In this document: piece by piece, positions 6,711 through 18,294 of the stretch
Position numbering within the stretch: position 1 is the stretch's first letter
Layout of the letters: each line of letters opens with the position of its first letter
Assembly: GCA_945865905.1 (NCBI GenBank)
Contig: CAMBFC010000004.1
Coordinates: 20,553-84,552 of the forward strand
Reading direction: 5' to 3'
Origin: Rickettsia typhi
GTDB lineage: Bacteria; Pseudomonadota; Alphaproteobacteria; Rickettsiales; UBA1997
DNA length: 64,000 nt
Position numbers and translations under genes: made by a program
Notes under the pieces: model-generated
Told to the model about the DNA's origin: nothing
Seen by the model: only the letters and a program-made list of their open reading frames with translations
Databases searched by the model: none

Positions 6711-9521
6711 ATGACACAAGCTCAACCATTTAAAATTGCCGTTGCAAAAGATATCGTGCCAGTTTCTATCGCTGATGAAATGAAAAAATCCTACCTCGAT
6801 TATGCGATGAGCGTGATCGTGGCGCGCGCTATTCCTGATGCTTGCGATGGCTTGAAACCAGTGCATCGCCGCATTCTTTATGCGATGTATGAAGGTGGTT
6901 ATGATTATAATAAAGCATTTAAAAAATCGGCGAGAATTGTCGGTGAAGTGATGGGCAAATATCACCCACATGGTGATTCGGCGATCTATGAATCTTTGGT
7001 TCGTATGGCGCAAGATTTTTCGATGAGTTTGCCATTGATTGATGGGCAAGGTAACTTCGGATCAATTGATGATGATCCTGCGGCGGCGATGCGTTATACT
7101 GAGTCTCGTTTGGCGAAAGTTACGCATACAATGTTGGATGATTTGGATAAGGATACAGTAGATTTTGTTCCTAACTATGACGGTTCTGAGAGAGAGCCGC
7201 GTGTTATGCCGGCGCGTTTTCCTAACTTGTTGGTTAATGGCTCGAGCGGGATCGCTGTTGGTATGGCAACGAATATTCCTCCGCATAATTTGGGTGAGGT
7301 GATTGATGGCGTTTTGGCTTATATTGATAATCGTGATGTTACGGTTGATGATTTGTTGAAGATTATTCCGGGGCCAGATTTTCCTACTGGTGGGATTATT
7401 TTGGGACGCAGCGGTTATGATTCGGCGGCTCGCACTGGGCGCGGTTCAGTGATTATGCGCGGTCGTCACAAGATCGAGAAAATGAGCGGTGGCAAACAGG
7501 CGATTATTATCACCGAGGTGCCTTATCAGGTCAATAAAGCCAAGCTTGTAGAGAAAATCGCTGAGCTGGTGAAAGAGAAAAAAATTGAAGGCATCACTGA
7601 TCTGCGCGATGAATCTTCTCGCGATGGAATCCGCGTTGTTATTGAGTTGCGCCGTGATGCGATGGAAGAAGTTATCATCAATCAACTTTATAGTTTCACC
7701 GTTTTGCAAAGCAATTTTGGCGTGAACATGTTGGCGTTGAACCATGGCAAACCTGAGTTGCTCAATATTCTTGATGTGATCAGAATTTTCACTAACTTCC
7801 GCGAAACAGTTGTGGCAAGGCGCACCAACTTCTTGCTTAACAAGGCGCGCGACAAAACTCACATCTTAATCGGCTTGGCTGTAGCAGTGGGCAATATTGA
7901 TGAAGTTGTTGAATTGATCAAAAAATCAAAAGATGCAGCAGAAGCAAAAGAAAAACTTCTCGGTCGCAGCTGGCCCGCAGATACAGTGATGACCATCATG
8001 AAATTGGTGCAAGATAAAGGCAACATTATCAAAGATGGCAAGTTTTATTTCACCGAATTGCAAGCAAAAGCGATTCTCGATATGCGTCTTGCACGCTTGA
8101 CAGGCCTTGAAATGGACAAGATCAACGAAGAGTTGAAAAACTTAGCCGCAGAAATTGCTGGTTACCTAGAAATTCTTGGCGATCGCAATGTTTTATTAGC
8201 TGTTGTTAAAAGAGAATTAGCAGAAGTTAAAGAACAATTTGCTGTTCCGCGCCGCTCTAGCATTGAAGATAGCGAGTTTGAAGTTGATATGGAAGATTTA
8301 ATTCCAAAAGAAGATATGGTTATTGTTGCCACATTAAATGGCTATATTAAACGAGTTGCACTTTCGGCTTATCGCACGCAAAGACGCGGTGGGCGCGGGC
8401 GCTCTGCGATGGATGTTCGCGAAGAAGATATCGCTACTGATATTTTTGTTGCTAATACTCACACGCCGATTTTGTTCTTTTCTAGCAAAGGAAAATGTTA
8501 TAAATTGAAGGCTTATAAACTTCCGCTGGGCAATCCACAAGCGCGTGGAAGAGCTTTGGTGAATTTGCTGCCAATTGATCAAGATGAAAAAATCTCGACA
8601 ATTTTGGCGCTTCCTGAAGATGAATCTAAATGGAATGATTTGAGTATCATCTTCGCTACTGCATCTGGCGATGTGCGTCGCAACTCAATGGATCAATTTG
8701 CTGATATTCGTTCGAGCGGCAAAATCGCGATGAAACTCGAAGGTGATGATTCGTTGATTGGCGTGAATCTATGCGGCGAAAAAGATGACATTTTGCTTTC
8801 TACTAAAAATGGAAAATGTATTCGTTTTCCTGTTGAAAAATTGCGTATTTTCCAAAGTCGCAACTCAACTGGCGTACGCGGAATCAAAATGGATAGCGGC
8901 AATAAAGTTATGGCAATGTCAGTATTGACGCATGCTGGCGACGATTCTGAATTAAAAGAAAAATATCTCAATATTAATCTTGAAAAACGCTTGGCACTTA
9001 AAAACGCTTTGATTTTTAACAAAAAATTGAAAGAAAATCCAAGCGATGATTTGTTGGTGCAGCCGCTTGAAGTGCCTGTTATTAAAGGCGCAGAGCTTGC
9101 TCAAGATGTGATTGAAAAAATGGCGGTGGATGAAGAATTTATTTTCACCATCACGGAGAATGGCTATGGCAAACGCTCTTCGGCCTATGAATATAGAATT
9201 ACGAATCGTGGCGGTTCGGGAATTACCAACATTATCACTTCGAAAAGAAATGGCGATGTGGTGGCGAGCTTCCCAATTGAAGGCAATGATCAGGTGATGA
9301 TTATTACTGATAAAGGCACGCTGATTCGCACAGAAATTGGCACGGTGAGAATTTCGGGAAGAAATACTCAAGGTGTTACGCTCATTAAAGCTAAGGATGA
9401 AAAAGTGGTTTCGGTCGCTAGAATCGCGCATACTGGCAATAAAGAAGTTGACGAGGCGGAAGTTGGAGAGGAAATTTCTGGCGAAGCTTCGGATGGCGCT
9501 GATGTTGGTGCGGCGGAATAA
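6711..9521 (+). CDS. gyrA: DNA gyrase subunit A
   Basis: 936 aa with [14 protein letters not shown], the active-site region AAMRYTE and C-terminal beta-pinwheel repeats. An acidic tail is present. Confidence 0.95.
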   Translation: MTQAQPFKIAVAKDIVPVSIADEMKKSYLDYAMSVIVARAIPDACDGLKPVHRRILYAMYEGGYDYNKAFKKSARIVGEVMGKYHPHGDSAIYESLVRMAQDFSMSLPLIDGQGNFGSIDDDPAAAMRYTESRLAKVTHTMLDDLDKDTVDFVPNYDGSEREPRVMPARFPNLLVNGSSGIAVGMATNIPPHNLGEVIDGVLAYIDNRDVTVDDLLKIIPGPDFPTGGIILGRSGYDSAARTGRGSVIMRGRHKIEKMSGGKQAIIITEVPYQVNKAKLVEKIAELVKEKKIEGITDLRDESSRDGIRVVIELRRDAMEEVIINQLYSFTVLQSNFGVNMLALNHGKPELLNILDVIRIFTNFRETVVARRTNFLLNKARDKTHILIGLAVAVGNIDEVVELIKKSKDAAEAKEKLLGRSWPADTVMTIMKLVQDKGNIIKDGKFYFTELQAKAILDMRLARLTGLEMDKINEELKNLAAEIAGYLEILGDRNVLLAVVKRELAEVKEQFAVPRRSSIEDSEFEVDMEDLIPKEDMVIVATLNGYIKRVALSAYRTQRRGGRGRSAMDVREEDIATDIFVANTHTPILFFSSKGKCYKLKAYKLPLGNPQARGRALVNLLPIDQDEKISTILALPEDESKWNDLSIIFATASGDVRRNSMDQFADIRSSGKIAMKLEGDDSLIGVNLCGEKDDILLSTKNGKCIRFPVEKLRIFQSRNSTGVRGIKMDSGNKVMAMSVLTHAGDDSELKEKYLNINLEKRLALKNALIFNKKLKENPSDDLLVQPLEVPVIKGAELAQDVIEKMAVDEEFIFTITENGYGKRSSAYEYRITNRGGSGITNIITSKRNGDVVASFPIEGNDQVMIITDKGTLIRTEIGTVRISGRNTQGVTLIKAKDEKVVSVARIAHTGNKEVDEAEVGEEISGEASDGADVGAAE

Positions 9522-9530
9522 ATTATTACA

Positions 9531-9565
9531 ATTTCAACTGTCGACAAATTGTCGACAACTGAAAT
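9531..9565. promoter_or_regulatory. 35-nt imperfect palindrome with two GTCGAC cores (candidate operator)
   Basis: ATTTCAACTGTCGACAAATTGTCGACAACTGAAAT is self-complementary at 29 of 35 positions. It lies between the gyrA stop and the DUF4160 gene. Function is unproven. Confidence 0.3.
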
Positions 9566-9573
9566 ATGAAAAA

Positions 9574-9598
9574 GGGTGGGTACAATTTGTACCCACCC
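9574..9598. repeat. 25-nt perfect palindrome GGGTGGGTACAATTTGTACCCACCC
   Basis: 12-bp arms around a single central T. It may be the gyrA 3' stem-loop, but no T-tract follows. Confidence 0.4.
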
Positions 9599-9632
9599 CC
9601 AAGATTAAAAAACACCAAAAAAAACCAATTTT

Positions 9633-9893
9633 ATGCCAGAGATTAGTCGCTTTTTCGGCATTGTGATTTACATGTATTTTAATGATCACAATCCACCACA
9701 TTTTCATGTGCAATATGAAAAATATCGAGCAACTATTGACATAAATAACTTGGGAATTGTCGATGGATCTCTGCCACCTAAAGCCTTGTCTTTAGTGATT
9801 GAATGGGCAAGCATTCATCAGAAAGAATTGCTCAAAAACTGGGAAAGTATTAAAAAAATCGGCGAGTTCGATAAAATAAAACCGTTAGCTTAA
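9633..9893 (+). CDS. DUF4160 family protein
   Basis: 86 aa. MPEISRFFGIVIYMYFNDHNPPHFHVQY is the hallmark DUF4160 N-terminus. Confidence 0.8.
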   Translation: MPEISRFFGIVIYMYFNDHNPPHFHVQYEKYRATIDINNLGIVDGSLPPKALSLVIEWASIHQKELLKNWESIKKIGEFDKIKPLA

Positions 9894-9894
9894 A

Positions 9895-10131
9895 ATGAAT
9901 AGCATAATTTCAGCGAAATATCTGAAAGATTATAAAATTGAGATCGTTTTTGATGATGGAAAAAAGGGCGTGGTTGATCTTGCGCAAATTTTAGAAAATG
10001 ATCATCGTAAAATTTTTAAGGAGCTGTTGGATAAGAAAAAATTTTGTGAGTTTAAGGTGGATGCGGATACTGTGGTTTGGAAAAATGGGTTGGATTTGGC
10101 GCCAGAATTTTTGTATGGAATTGTAAATTAG
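9895..10131 (+). CDS. DUF2442 family protein
   Basis: 78 aa with the Y.I.I.F.DG..G.VDL pattern. It starts 1 nt after the DUF4160 stop, which is the usual two-gene pairing. Confidence 0.75.
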   Translation: MNSIISAKYLKDYKIEIVFDDGKKGVVDLAQILENDHRKIFKELLDKKKFCEFKVDADTVVWKNGLDLAPEFLYGIVN

Positions 10132-10155
10132 TCATCTAATAAATATCTCTAAAAA

Positions 10156-11649
10156 ATGTACACAATAAAAGGTAAAGATTTCGATTATGAAGTTGTAATT
10201 GGCTGCGAGATCCACGCGCAAGTGGCTTCGCATTCTAAACTATTTTCACGTGCGCCGGCTAGCTTTGGTGCGCCGCAAAATTCGCAAGTTTCTTTGGTGG
10301 ATGCAGCTTTTCCCGGAATGTTGCCTGTGATTAACGAAGAATGCGTTAAACAAGCGGTGAAAACTGGTTTTGGCATTAATGCACAAATTAATTTGCGTTC
10401 GGTTTTTGATCGCAAAAATTATTTTTATGCCGATTTGCCGCAAGGTTATCAAATCTCGCAGTTCTTAGAGCCAATTGTGGGCGAAGGGTCTGTTGAAATT
10501 GATGTTGCAGAAAATGAAACTAGTGAAGGTGGTCGAAATTCTAGCGGCAAAAATTATATCAAAAAAACGATTCGTGTTGAAAGAATTCACCTTGAGCAAG
10601 ATGCGGGAAAATCAATTCATGATCAAGATCCGCGCTGCACTTTAATCGATTTGAACCGCTCGGGTGTTGCTTTGATGGAAATTGTTTCTAAGCCTGATAT
10701 GAGTAGCCCTGCAGAAGCGGCAGAATATGTCAAAAAAATTCGCGCGATTGTGCGCGCGCTTGGCACCTCTGATGGCGATATGGAGAAGGGCAATTTGCGT
10801 TGCGATGCCAATGTTTCGGTACGCAAAGTTGGAGCCACGCAATTAGGCACGCGTTGCGAAATTAAAAATTTAAACTCAATGCGCAACATCGCGCGAGCCA
10901 TTGAATTTGAAGCGGCGCGGCAGGTTGAAATCATCGAAGATGGCGGCGTGATTAAACAAGAAACACGACTTTTTGATGCGATAACAGGCGAAACACGCAC
11001 CATGCGCAGCAAAGAAGATGCGATGGATTATCGCTATTTTCCTGATCCCGATTTGCCTCCTTTGGTTTTAACGCAAGAGTTTGTTGATGCAATCCGCGCC
11101 TCACTTCCCGAGCTTCCTGATGCAAAAAAAATGCGCTATGTTAAAGATTATGGCATCTCAGAATATGATGCCGGCGTATTAGTTTTTGATAGCGATATTT
11201 CAGGATATTTTGAAAAATTAATCGCCAAACACGAACCAAAACTAAGCATCACCTGGCTTACAGTCGAGCTATTTGGCCGCATGAATAAACTTGGCATTAA
11301 TTTTGAAAATTTAAAAATTTCCGCCGATCAATTAAGCGGCTTGCTCGATCTAATTAAAGATGGTTCAATTTCAGGAAAAATTGCCAAAGATGTTTTGGAT
11401 TTTATGATTGAAACTGGCGAAGATGCTGCTAAGATCGTTGAAGCAAAAGGCTTCAAGCAAGTTTCTGATAGCGGCGCAATCGAAAAAATCATCGATGAAG
11501 TTCTCGGCAAAAATCAACAATCAGTTGATGATTTTAAAGCCGGAAAAGAACGCGCTTTCGGATTTTTAATCGGCCAAATCATGAAAGAAAGCAAAGGGCA
11601 AGCCAATCCAGCGGTGGTTAATGAATTATTGAAAAAGAAATTGAGCTAA
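10156..11649 (+). CDS. gatB: Asp-tRNA(Asn)/Glu-tRNA(Gln) amidotransferase subunit B
   Basis: 497 aa with [20 protein letters not shown] and the C-terminal GatB/YqeY domain. Confidence 0.93.
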   Translation: MYTIKGKDFDYEVVIGCEIHAQVASHSKLFSRAPASFGAPQNSQVSLVDAAFPGMLPVINEECVKQAVKTGFGINAQINLRSVFDRKNYFYADLPQGYQISQFLEPIVGEGSVEIDVAENETSEGGRNSSGKNYIKKTIRVERIHLEQDAGKSIHDQDPRCTLIDLNRSGVALMEIVSKPDMSSPAEAAEYVKKIRAIVRALGTSDGDMEKGNLRCDANVSVRKVGATQLGTRCEIKNLNSMRNIARAIEFEAARQVEIIEDGGVIKQETRLFDAITGETRTMRSKEDAMDYRYFPDPDLPPLVLTQEFVDAIRASLPELPDAKKMRYVKDYGISEYDAGVLVFDSDISGYFEKLIAKHEPKLSITWLTVELFGRMNKLGINFENLKISADQLSGLLDLIKDGSISGKIAKDVLDFMIETGEDAAKIVEAKGFKQVSDSGAIEKIIDEVLGKNQQSVDDFKAGKERAFGFLIGQIMKESKGQANPAVVNELLKKKLS

Positions 11650-11667
11650 AGTTTATTATTCGTAAAA

Positions 11668-11814
11668 GATAAATTACCTACTGCCAATTGACTAGGCAGA
11701 GGGTCTGAGGCGAGTTCTGCTCTTCATCGCAAGCTACGCTTGCTTTAAATCAGATGAAAGCGATGTCTGAGCAGCAGACCCTCTGCCTAGTCAATTGGCA
11801 GTAGGTAATTTATC
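11668..11814 (-). repeat. long hairpin element, core B, 40-bp perfect arms
   Basis: Positions 11668-11707 are the exact reverse complement of 11775-11814. The 67-nt core CTGAGGCGAGTTCTGC...GATGTCTGAGCAGCAG is homologous, in inverse orientation, to the core of 41881-42001. The element starts 19 bp after the gatB stop. Confidence 0.9.
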
Positions 11815-11843
11815 GCTAAACGAGATCTAAAAACACAAAAAAA

Positions 11844-13265
11844 ATGAAAAAAACACTCTACGATAAAATTTGGAACAATCACTTAGTCGATGACGATGGC
11901 TCATCAGCCCTTATCTATGTTGATCGCCAACTAATTCACGAAGTAACTTCACCGCAAGCATTTGAAGGCTTACGCATAACAGGCCGTAAGCCGCGCAACG
12001 CTTCAATGCATTTAGCGGTGGCTGATCACAATGTTCCTACCACTACAGCGGATAGGGGCCATGGCACTTCTGGCATTAAGGATAAAACTTCACGCATTCA
12101 AGTTGAAACACTAGAAAAAAACTGCAAAGAATTTGGCATTCGCTATTTTGATCTTGATGATAAAAAGCAGGGGATCGTTCATATTGTTGGGCCAGAGCAG
12201 GGTTTAACCCAACCCGGAATGGTGATTGTTTGTGGCGATTCACATACTTCAACGCATGGAGCCTTTGGCGCTCTAGCATTTGGCATCGGCACTTCTGAGG
12301 TTGAGCATGTTTTGGCAACACAAACCCTCATCCAAAAACGCGCTAAAAATATGCTGGTGCAAGTAGATGGCAAGCTGGGTTTTGGCGTTTTGGCAAAGGA
12401 TATTATTTTGGCAATTATTGGCAAACTTGGCACAGCGGGTGGCACTGGCTATGTGATCGAATTTGCTGGCGAGGCGATCGCAGCCCTTTCAATGGAAGGC
12501 CGCATGACAATTTGCAATATGGCAATTGAGGCAGGAGCTCGCGCTGGGCTTATTGCACCAGATCAAACTACTTATGCTTATTTAAAAGGCCGCCCGCTAG
12601 CCCCACAAGGCACTGATTTTGAAAAGGCCATAACATACTGGGATTCACTAAAATCTGATGCTGGCGCCAAATATGACGCAACAATCACGCTTCACGCTGA
12701 TGATATTGCGCCGCAAGTTACTTGGGGCACTAGCCCTGAAGATGCTTTGCCAATAACCGCCAATGTGCCTTCACCGCAAGATTTTAAAGATCTTGGCAAA
12801 CAAGATGCGGTGAAACGCTCGCTCGAATATATGGGCCTTAAAAGCGGCGCCCCACTTGAATCGGTGGCAATTGATAAAGTTTTTATCGGATCATGCACTA
12901 ACGGCCGCATTGAGGATTTTCGCGCTGCCGCGGCGGTTGCTAAAGGTCGCAAAATTGCGGCAAATATCAAGTTAGCAATGGTGGTTCCTGGTTCGGGCCT
13001 TGTTAAAGAACAGGCAGAAAAAGAAGGTTTGGATAAAATTTTTACTGAAGCAGGCTTTGAATGGCGGGCTCCGGGATGTTCAATGTGTTTGGCAATGAAC
13101 GCTGATAAATTAGAAAATGGCGAACGCTGCGCCTCAACTTCTAACCGAAATTTTGAAGGAAGACAAGGTCGTGGAGGCAGAACACACCTGCTCAGCCCAA
13201 CAATGGCGGTGGCTGCAGCCATTATGGGCCATCTAACCGATGTGCGAAAATTGCAAAAAAATTAA
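11844..13265 (+). CDS. leuC: 3-isopropylmalate dehydratase large subunit
   Basis: 473 aa aconitase-family protein with the LeuC-type N-terminus (LYDKIW..H) and the cluster-ligand region [10 protein letters not shown]. Confidence 0.9.
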   Translation: MKKTLYDKIWNNHLVDDDGSSALIYVDRQLIHEVTSPQAFEGLRITGRKPRNASMHLAVADHNVPTTTADRGHGTSGIKDKTSRIQVETLEKNCKEFGIRYFDLDDKKQGIVHIVGPEQGLTQPGMVIVCGDSHTSTHGAFGALAFGIGTSEVEHVLATQTLIQKRAKNMLVQVDGKLGFGVLAKDIILAIIGKLGTAGGTGYVIEFAGEAIAALSMEGRMTICNMAIEAGARAGLIAPDQTTYAYLKGRPLAPQGTDFEKAITYWDSLKSDAGAKYDATITLHADDIAPQVTWGTSPEDALPITANVPSPQDFKDLGKQDAVKRSLEYMGLKSGAPLESVAIDKVFIGSCTNGRIEDFRAAAAVAKGRKIAANIKLAMVVPGSGLVKEQAEKEGLDKIFTEAGFEWRAPGCSMCLAMNADKLENGERCASTSNRNFEGRQGRGGRTHLLSPTMAVAAAIMGHLTDVRKLQKN

Positions 13266-13270
13266 TAATT

Positions 13271-14584
13271 ATGCAAGCGCTTCAATCAGGAGAAGTCCAG
13301 CCAACGCAAAATTATGAAGTGCTTGCTACTGGCTTTACCAGCCAACCAAGCGGCACTCCAACAAATTATTCCGATACAGCAACTTTTAGTCGCGGTATTG
13401 ATCTAGCAAAAAACATCACCGCATTATTTTCATCAATAATTATTTCTTCCATTGCCTATGGCATAATGGTTGCGCTAATTGCCTTTACCGCACATTCTCA
13501 AATTAAAAACGAAGTCTTAATTTCTCTTTCTTCTGCCACGCAAATTGGTGCCGGCATTATGTTTGGAAGGTTTTTGCCAATTTTGGGACGCAAAATTGGC
13601 ATGATTAATTGTGTTCGGTTGGCCAGTCTTTTATCGGCCTTTTGCGCGATTGTGATGTATTTTTATGTCGATTATTTCATGTGGATTGCTGTCGTTTTTT
13701 TCTTTGGTGCAGCACTTTTTATTGCGGGCGTAACCAGACAAACTTTGATGATTAATTTGGCGCCACCACACACAAAATCAATCATTATATCGTTTGGCGG
13801 CATGCTAGTGGCAATTGGCAACGGCTTTGGCCCAATTTTTCTTGAAACAATAAAAACCTCAAACCAGTTTACCTCTTACGCTGTAGTCGCCTTGCTTTAT
13901 TTACTTTCGATTTTGCCTTTAGCTCGTCTCAAAAAAAATGAAATAAAAATAAAACAAGAAAAAAAAATCGGAATTTGGCGCTATATTCAGACCTCTCCCA
14001 AGATAATGTTTGCAGGCTTTTGCGTTAATTATTCGCTTTCTTCAACAAGCGCATTTCTTATTATTTATGGATTAAATATTGGCTTGCCAGAAGGTGAGGC
14101 GACAATGCTTTATTCAGTGTTATTATTTGGCACAATTTTTTCTATTCCGCTCGGATATTTGGCCGATATTGTTAATCGACGCATCTTAATGATTTCTTCT
14201 GCAGCCCTGTCTTTGGCTTGCGCAATCTCTCTTTATTTAACTCAAGATCCAACGCAAATTCACATGCTGCTCTTCATAATTTTTGGCTGTATGACAGGCA
14301 CAAAGCTTCCCGCCATAATATTAATCAATGAAAAATACAAACCAACACAACGCCTATCGGTTAACGCCGCTTTTTCAAAATTCTGCTTAATAGGAAATAT
14401 CGTTGGAATTTTTTCTACTGGCATTATTATGAAGCTATTCGGACCAAGTGGGTTATGGCTTTCAATCACTGTAATTCTTACTTTTTATTTATTATTTTGT
14501 GCTTACAACTACGCTCACAAAATAATCAAAGGTGATTTAAAATTTAGTAGATTTTCTTTTAGCAACAAATCAAAAATGGAATAA
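13271..14584 (+). CDS. MFS-type transporter
   Basis: 437 aa, about 12 predicted hydrophobic helices after a polar N-terminus of about 50 aa. No specific subfamily recognised. Confidence 0.65.
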   Translation: MQALQSGEVQPTQNYEVLATGFTSQPSGTPTNYSDTATFSRGIDLAKNITALFSSIIISSIAYGIMVALIAFTAHSQIKNEVLISLSSATQIGAGIMFGRFLPILGRKIGMINCVRLASLLSAFCAIVMYFYVDYFMWIAVVFFFGAALFIAGVTRQTLMINLAPPHTKSIIISFGGMLVAIGNGFGPIFLETIKTSNQFTSYAVVALLYLLSILPLARLKKNEIKIKQEKKIGIWRYIQTSPKIMFAGFCVNYSLSSTSAFLIIYGLNIGLPEGEATMLYSVLLFGTIFSIPLGYLADIVNRRILMISSAALSLACAISLYLTQDPTQIHMLLFIIFGCMTGTKLPAIILINEKYKPTQRLSVNAAFSKFCLIGNIVGIFSTGIIMKLFGPSGLWLSITVILTFYLLFCAYNYAHKIIKGDLKFSRFSFSNKSKME

Positions 14585-14594
14585 ATAATCAAAT

Positions 14595-15467
14595 ATGAGC
14601 AACTGTAAAATTCGCTGTTTCTTTAAAAAAATTTGCTTCTTTGGCAAAAATAAAAATGCTGTCGTAGCGCATTTGGCGCTAAACGGAGTCATTGGTAAAG
14701 ATGGAAAAATGAGCAGCGGCCTAAATATTGAAAACACCTTTCCTTTGCTAAAAAAAGCTTTTGAGATGAGCAATATTAAGGCGGTGGCAATCACAATTAA
14801 TTCTCCCGGTGGTTCGCCAGTGCAGTCAGAGCTTATCTACAACGCCATTCGCGAATTATCAGCGGAGAAAAAAATTCCCGTTTATACTTTTGCCCGCGAT
14901 GTTGCGGCATCAGGCGGCTATTGGTTGCTGCTTGCTGGCGATGAAATTTATGCGCATCAAGCTTCAATTATTGGCAGCATCGGCGTGATTTTTTCTGGCT
15001 TTGGATTTGTTGATACAATCAAAAAACTCGGCATCGAGCGCCGCATTTACACCGAAGGAAAAAACAAGGCCATTCTCGATCCCTTTATGCCTGAAGAACA
15101 AGAAAATATCGCCATCTTAAAAGAGGCTCAACGCGATATTTTTGAAGGGTTCAAAGAGCTTGTGCTATCAAGGCGCGCCGGCAAATTAAAAGGCGACCAA
15201 GCTTTTCTCGATGATAAAATTTTTACTGGCGCATTTTGGTCGGGACGCAAGGCTGCAAAACTAGGCTTAATTGACGCGATCGCTGATATGCGCAGCAAAA
15301 TGAAAGAAAAATTTGGTGATAAAGTTGAGATTAAAAATATTTCGGTGAAAAAAGGATTTATCAAATCATTATTTTCAGAAAAAAGTGATTTGGCCCTTGC
15401 CAATGTAACCTTCAGTCTTATTGACAAGATCGAAGAAAGAATTAATTTTAACCGTTTTGGTCTATAA
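14595..15467 (+). CDS. sppA: S49 family signal-peptide peptidase (SppA/SohB-like)
   Basis: 290 aa with INSPGGSPVQSE and ARDVAASGGYWL, which are typical S49 motifs. Confidence 0.8.
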   Translation: MSNCKIRCFFKKICFFGKNKNAVVAHLALNGVIGKDGKMSSGLNIENTFPLLKKAFEMSNIKAVAITINSPGGSPVQSELIYNAIRELSAEKKIPVYTFARDVAASGGYWLLLAGDEIYAHQASIIGSIGVIFSGFGFVDTIKKLGIERRIYTEGKNKAILDPFMPEEQENIAILKEAQRDIFEGFKELVLSRRAGKLKGDQAFLDDKIFTGAFWSGRKAAKLGLIDAIADMRSKMKEKFGDKVEIKNISVKKGFIKSLFSEKSDLALANVTFSLIDKIEERINFNRFGL

Positions 15468-15536
15468 ATTCAACTCTTGAAACCTTGCAATTGAAAGCTA
15501 TTCTTACACTTAATCATACTTAATTTTATAAATTTT

Positions 15537-16805
15537 ATGTCATTTTTTAGTTCAAACCTCGCCAAAGCAGACGCAGCAATCGCTAGCGCCATTAGCAAAG
15601 AACTCGATCGTCAAAAATATCAGATCGAACTTATTGCTTCTGAAAACATCGTTAGCAGCGCAGTTCTAGAGGCGCAAGGCTCAGTGTTCACTAACAAATA
15701 TGCTGAGGGCTATCCGGCAAAACGCTATTATGGCGGATGTGAATTTGCTGATGAAGTTGAGGCGCTTGCAATTTCGCGCCTTTGCGAGATTTTTGGCGCA
15801 AAATTTGCCAATGTGCAGCCGCATTCTGGCGCTTCTGCAAATTTGGCGGTTTATTTGGCTTGCTTGCAACCGGGTGATACAATTTTAGGAATGTCTCTCG
15901 CAGCAGGCGGGCACTTGACTCACGGGGCGCAACGCACAATTTCTGGCATGTGGTTTAAATCAGTTCAATATGGCATTCGCCTTGATGATGGCTTGATCGA
16001 TTATGATCAAATGGAAGCTTTGGCGCGCGAACATAAACCAAAAATGATCATTGCAGGAATCTCTTCATATCCTCGCATTGTAGATTGGGCACGCTTTCGC
16101 AAGGTTGCGGATGAAATCGGCGCCTTATTGATGGTTGATATGGCGCATGTTGCAGGCTTGGTGGCTGCGGGCATTTATCCAACACCTGTTGGCGTGGCTG
16201 ATATTGTTACCTCTACCACACACAAAACCCTGCGCGGGCCTCGTGGTGGTGTGATTCTCACTAATAATGAAGAGCTTGCCAAAAAAATAAATTCGGCAGT
16301 TTTCCCCGGTTTGCAAGGTGGGCCGTTAATGCATGTGATTGCAGCTAAAGCAGTGGCTTTTGGCGAAGTATTGCAGCCTTCTTTTAAAGATTATGCCAAA
16401 CAAGTTGTGTTAAATGCGCAAGCTCTTGCTAAAGTTTTAATGCAGCGCGGGCTTAAAATCACTACTGGCGGAACTGATTGCCACCTTATGGTTGTTGATC
16501 TCACGCCACTTGAAACTCTAACCGGAAAAGAAGCTGAAAAAGTTTTGGAACATGCTGGATTAACTTGCAACAAAAATGCGATTCCTAATGATCCGCGCTC
16601 TCCTTTTGTTACTTCAGGACTTCGCTTTGGAACGCCCGCAGGCACTACTCGCGGCTTTAAAGAGTCTCAGTTTGAAGAAATCGGCAATTTGATTTGCGAT
16701 GTTTTGGAAGGGTTTGTGAAAAATGGTGAAGAGGGGAATGTTGCTGTGGTGCAGCAAGTTAAGGCGCGGGTTACTGAGCTTTGCAAGCAGTTTCCGATTT
16801 ATTAG
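15537..16805 (+). CDS. glyA: serine hydroxymethyltransferase
   Basis: 422 aa with the PLP-site region [14 protein letters not shown]. Confidence 0.95.
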   Translation: MSFFSSNLAKADAAIASAISKELDRQKYQIELIASENIVSSAVLEAQGSVFTNKYAEGYPAKRYYGGCEFADEVEALAISRLCEIFGAKFANVQPHSGASANLAVYLACLQPGDTILGMSLAAGGHLTHGAQRTISGMWFKSVQYGIRLDDGLIDYDQMEALAREHKPKMIIAGISSYPRIVDWARFRKVADEIGALLMVDMAHVAGLVAAGIYPTPVGVADIVTSTTHKTLRGPRGGVILTNNEELAKKINSAVFPGLQGGPLMHVIAAKAVAFGEVLQPSFKDYAKQVVLNAQALAKVLMQRGLKITTGGTDCHLMVVDLTPLETLTGKEAEKVLEHAGLTCNKNAIPNDPRSPFVTSGLRFGTPAGTTRGFKESQFEEIGNLICDVLEGFVKNGEEGNVAVVQQVKARVTELCKQFPIY

Positions 16806-16898
16806 GTTTTTGTTTTCTTAGGCTTAAACTTTTGCTTGCGTAAATTTTTTTGCTGAACTCTGGATCTTGTCTTCGGCGTGGTCGGATCTTATCAGGCG

Positions 16899-16914
16899 CT
16901 GCTGCTCAGACACC
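16899..16914 (+). repeat. solo fragment of the core A/B left end (CTGCTGCTCAGACACC)
   Basis: 16-nt identity to 41905-41920. No right end or mirrored arms are found nearby. Confidence 0.35.
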
Positions 16915-17034
16915 TCACTCACAATAAAGTCTTTAGATTTAGAAATCCGCCCCCACACCCAGTTGAGACTTGCTTTCCATCTCAATATCCTCTATAATCA
17001 GCACCAATCCATAAAATTATATTTATAGCAGAAA

Positions 17035-18294
17035 ATGTCACTCCCAAAATTACACATCAAAAACCATCAAGAAATCCGCCTAGTGCAAGGCCATCCGTGG
17101 ATTTATTCTAACGAAATCGCCAATTTTGCCGAGCTAAAACCACTTGAAGATGGATCGCTAGTTGAGGTTTATATTCAAAAAAATAAAGAACCAGTTGGTA
17201 TTGCTTATTTTAATTCGCATCAACTAATTGCAGCAAGGCTTCTCAGCTATAAAGCTGATGAAAAAATCAACGAAGATTTTTTTGTTACAAAATTTTATGC
17301 GGCAAAAAAACTGCGCGAAAAGTTTTTTGATAAACCATTTTATCGCCTTATCCACTCAGAAGCCGATGGGCTTGGTGGGCTAGTAATTGATCGCTTTGAC
17401 AATGTTTTTTCTTGCCAAATTTCAACTGCTGGGATGGAAAAACTCAGCGAATTTTTAGTTGCGGCGCTGCAAAAAGTTTTCCCAAATTGCGCGATTATTT
17501 TTCGTAATGATGTTGAAAGCCGCAAGTTTGAAGGCTTAAGCGCTGAAAATAAAATCGTCAGCGGAGAAATTGCCGACGAAGTTATTTGCGAAGAAAATGG
17601 CCTAAAATTTGCAATTGATGTTAATGCTGGCCAAAAAACTGGCTGGTTTTTTGATCAAAGAGAAAACCGTAATTTTATTGGCAAAATTGCTAAAAATTGC
17701 GATGTTCTTGATGCCTTCTGCTATCAAGGCGGATTTGGCTTGAACGCAATTCAAGGCGGCGCAAAATCTGTTACATTTATTGATTCTTCAAAAGAAGCTT
17801 TAGAAAAAGTTAAGCGCAATTTAGAGATCAATTTTTCAGAAAATGTAACGGACAAATCTGCGGCGGAAAATTCTATCACCCAAGAATCTCGCATTGCAGC
17901 CGCAAAAAAATGTGAATTTTTCAATGATAAAACTTTTGATGTTTTAGAAAAACTGGCACTTGAAAAAAAGCAATTTAACATTGTAATTCTTGATCCGCCA
18001 GCATTTGTAAAATCTAAAAAAGATTTATTTGCTGGGCTTCGTGGCTATGAAAAACTGGTAAGATTGGCGGTGCCTTTGCTCAAAGAAAATGGCATTTTAT
18101 TTTTGGCGTCTTGCTCACATAATGTTTCGCTGCACGATCTTATCGAAGCAGCAAATCATGGCTTGCGCAAGGGTTTGATTGGCAGCAATAGATCGCCAAA
18201 ATTAATTCGCACTCACGGCGCATCTTTTGATCACCCGCTTCATCCTGCTTTAAAAGAAAGTGAATATTTAAAATCGATTTCGTTTTCGGTTTAA
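17035..18294 (+). CDS. rlmI: class I SAM-dependent rRNA methyltransferase, RlmI-like (PUA + MTase)
   Basis: 419 aa with the N-terminal HPWIYSNEI PUA-like motif and the SAM-binding core VLDAFCYQGGFG...ILDPPAF. Confidence 0.8.
   Translation: MSLPKLHIKNHQEIRLVQGHPWIYSNEIANFAELKPLEDGSLVEVYIQKNKEPVGIAYFNSHQLIAARLLSYKADEKINEDFFVTKFYAAKKLREKFFDKPFYRLIHSEADGLGGLVIDRFDNVFSCQISTAGMEKLSEFLVAALQKVFPNCAIIFRNDVESRKFEGLSAENKIVSGEIADEVICEENGLKFAIDVNAGQKTGWFFDQRENRNFIGKIAKNCDVLDAFCYQGGFGLNAIQGGAKSVTFIDSSKEALEKVKRNLEINFSENVTDKSAAENSITQESRIAAAKKCEFFNDKTFDVLEKLALEKKQFNIVILDPPAFVKSKKDLFAGLRGYEKLVRLAVPLLKENGILFLASCSHNVSLHDLIEAANHGLRKGLIGSNRSPKLIRTHGASFDHPLHPALKESEYLKSISFSV

Noticed and set aside
6696-9431. Multiple minus-strand ORFs (6696-7049, 7062-7286, 7446-7862, 8334-8582, 8693-9022, 8952-9431) opposite gyrA
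   Set aside because: These are antisense shadows of a strongly supported 936-aa GyrA with no independent support. The same reasoning applies to 12692-13222 opposite leuC, 10623-11012 opposite gatB, 28679-29005 opposite ubiA and 43620-44210 opposite clpX.
9373-9666. 97-aa plus-strand ORF bridging the gyrA end and the DUF4160 start
   Set aside because: It overlaps two well-supported genes in other frames and runs through the palindromic spacer. It has a basic low-complexity translation.
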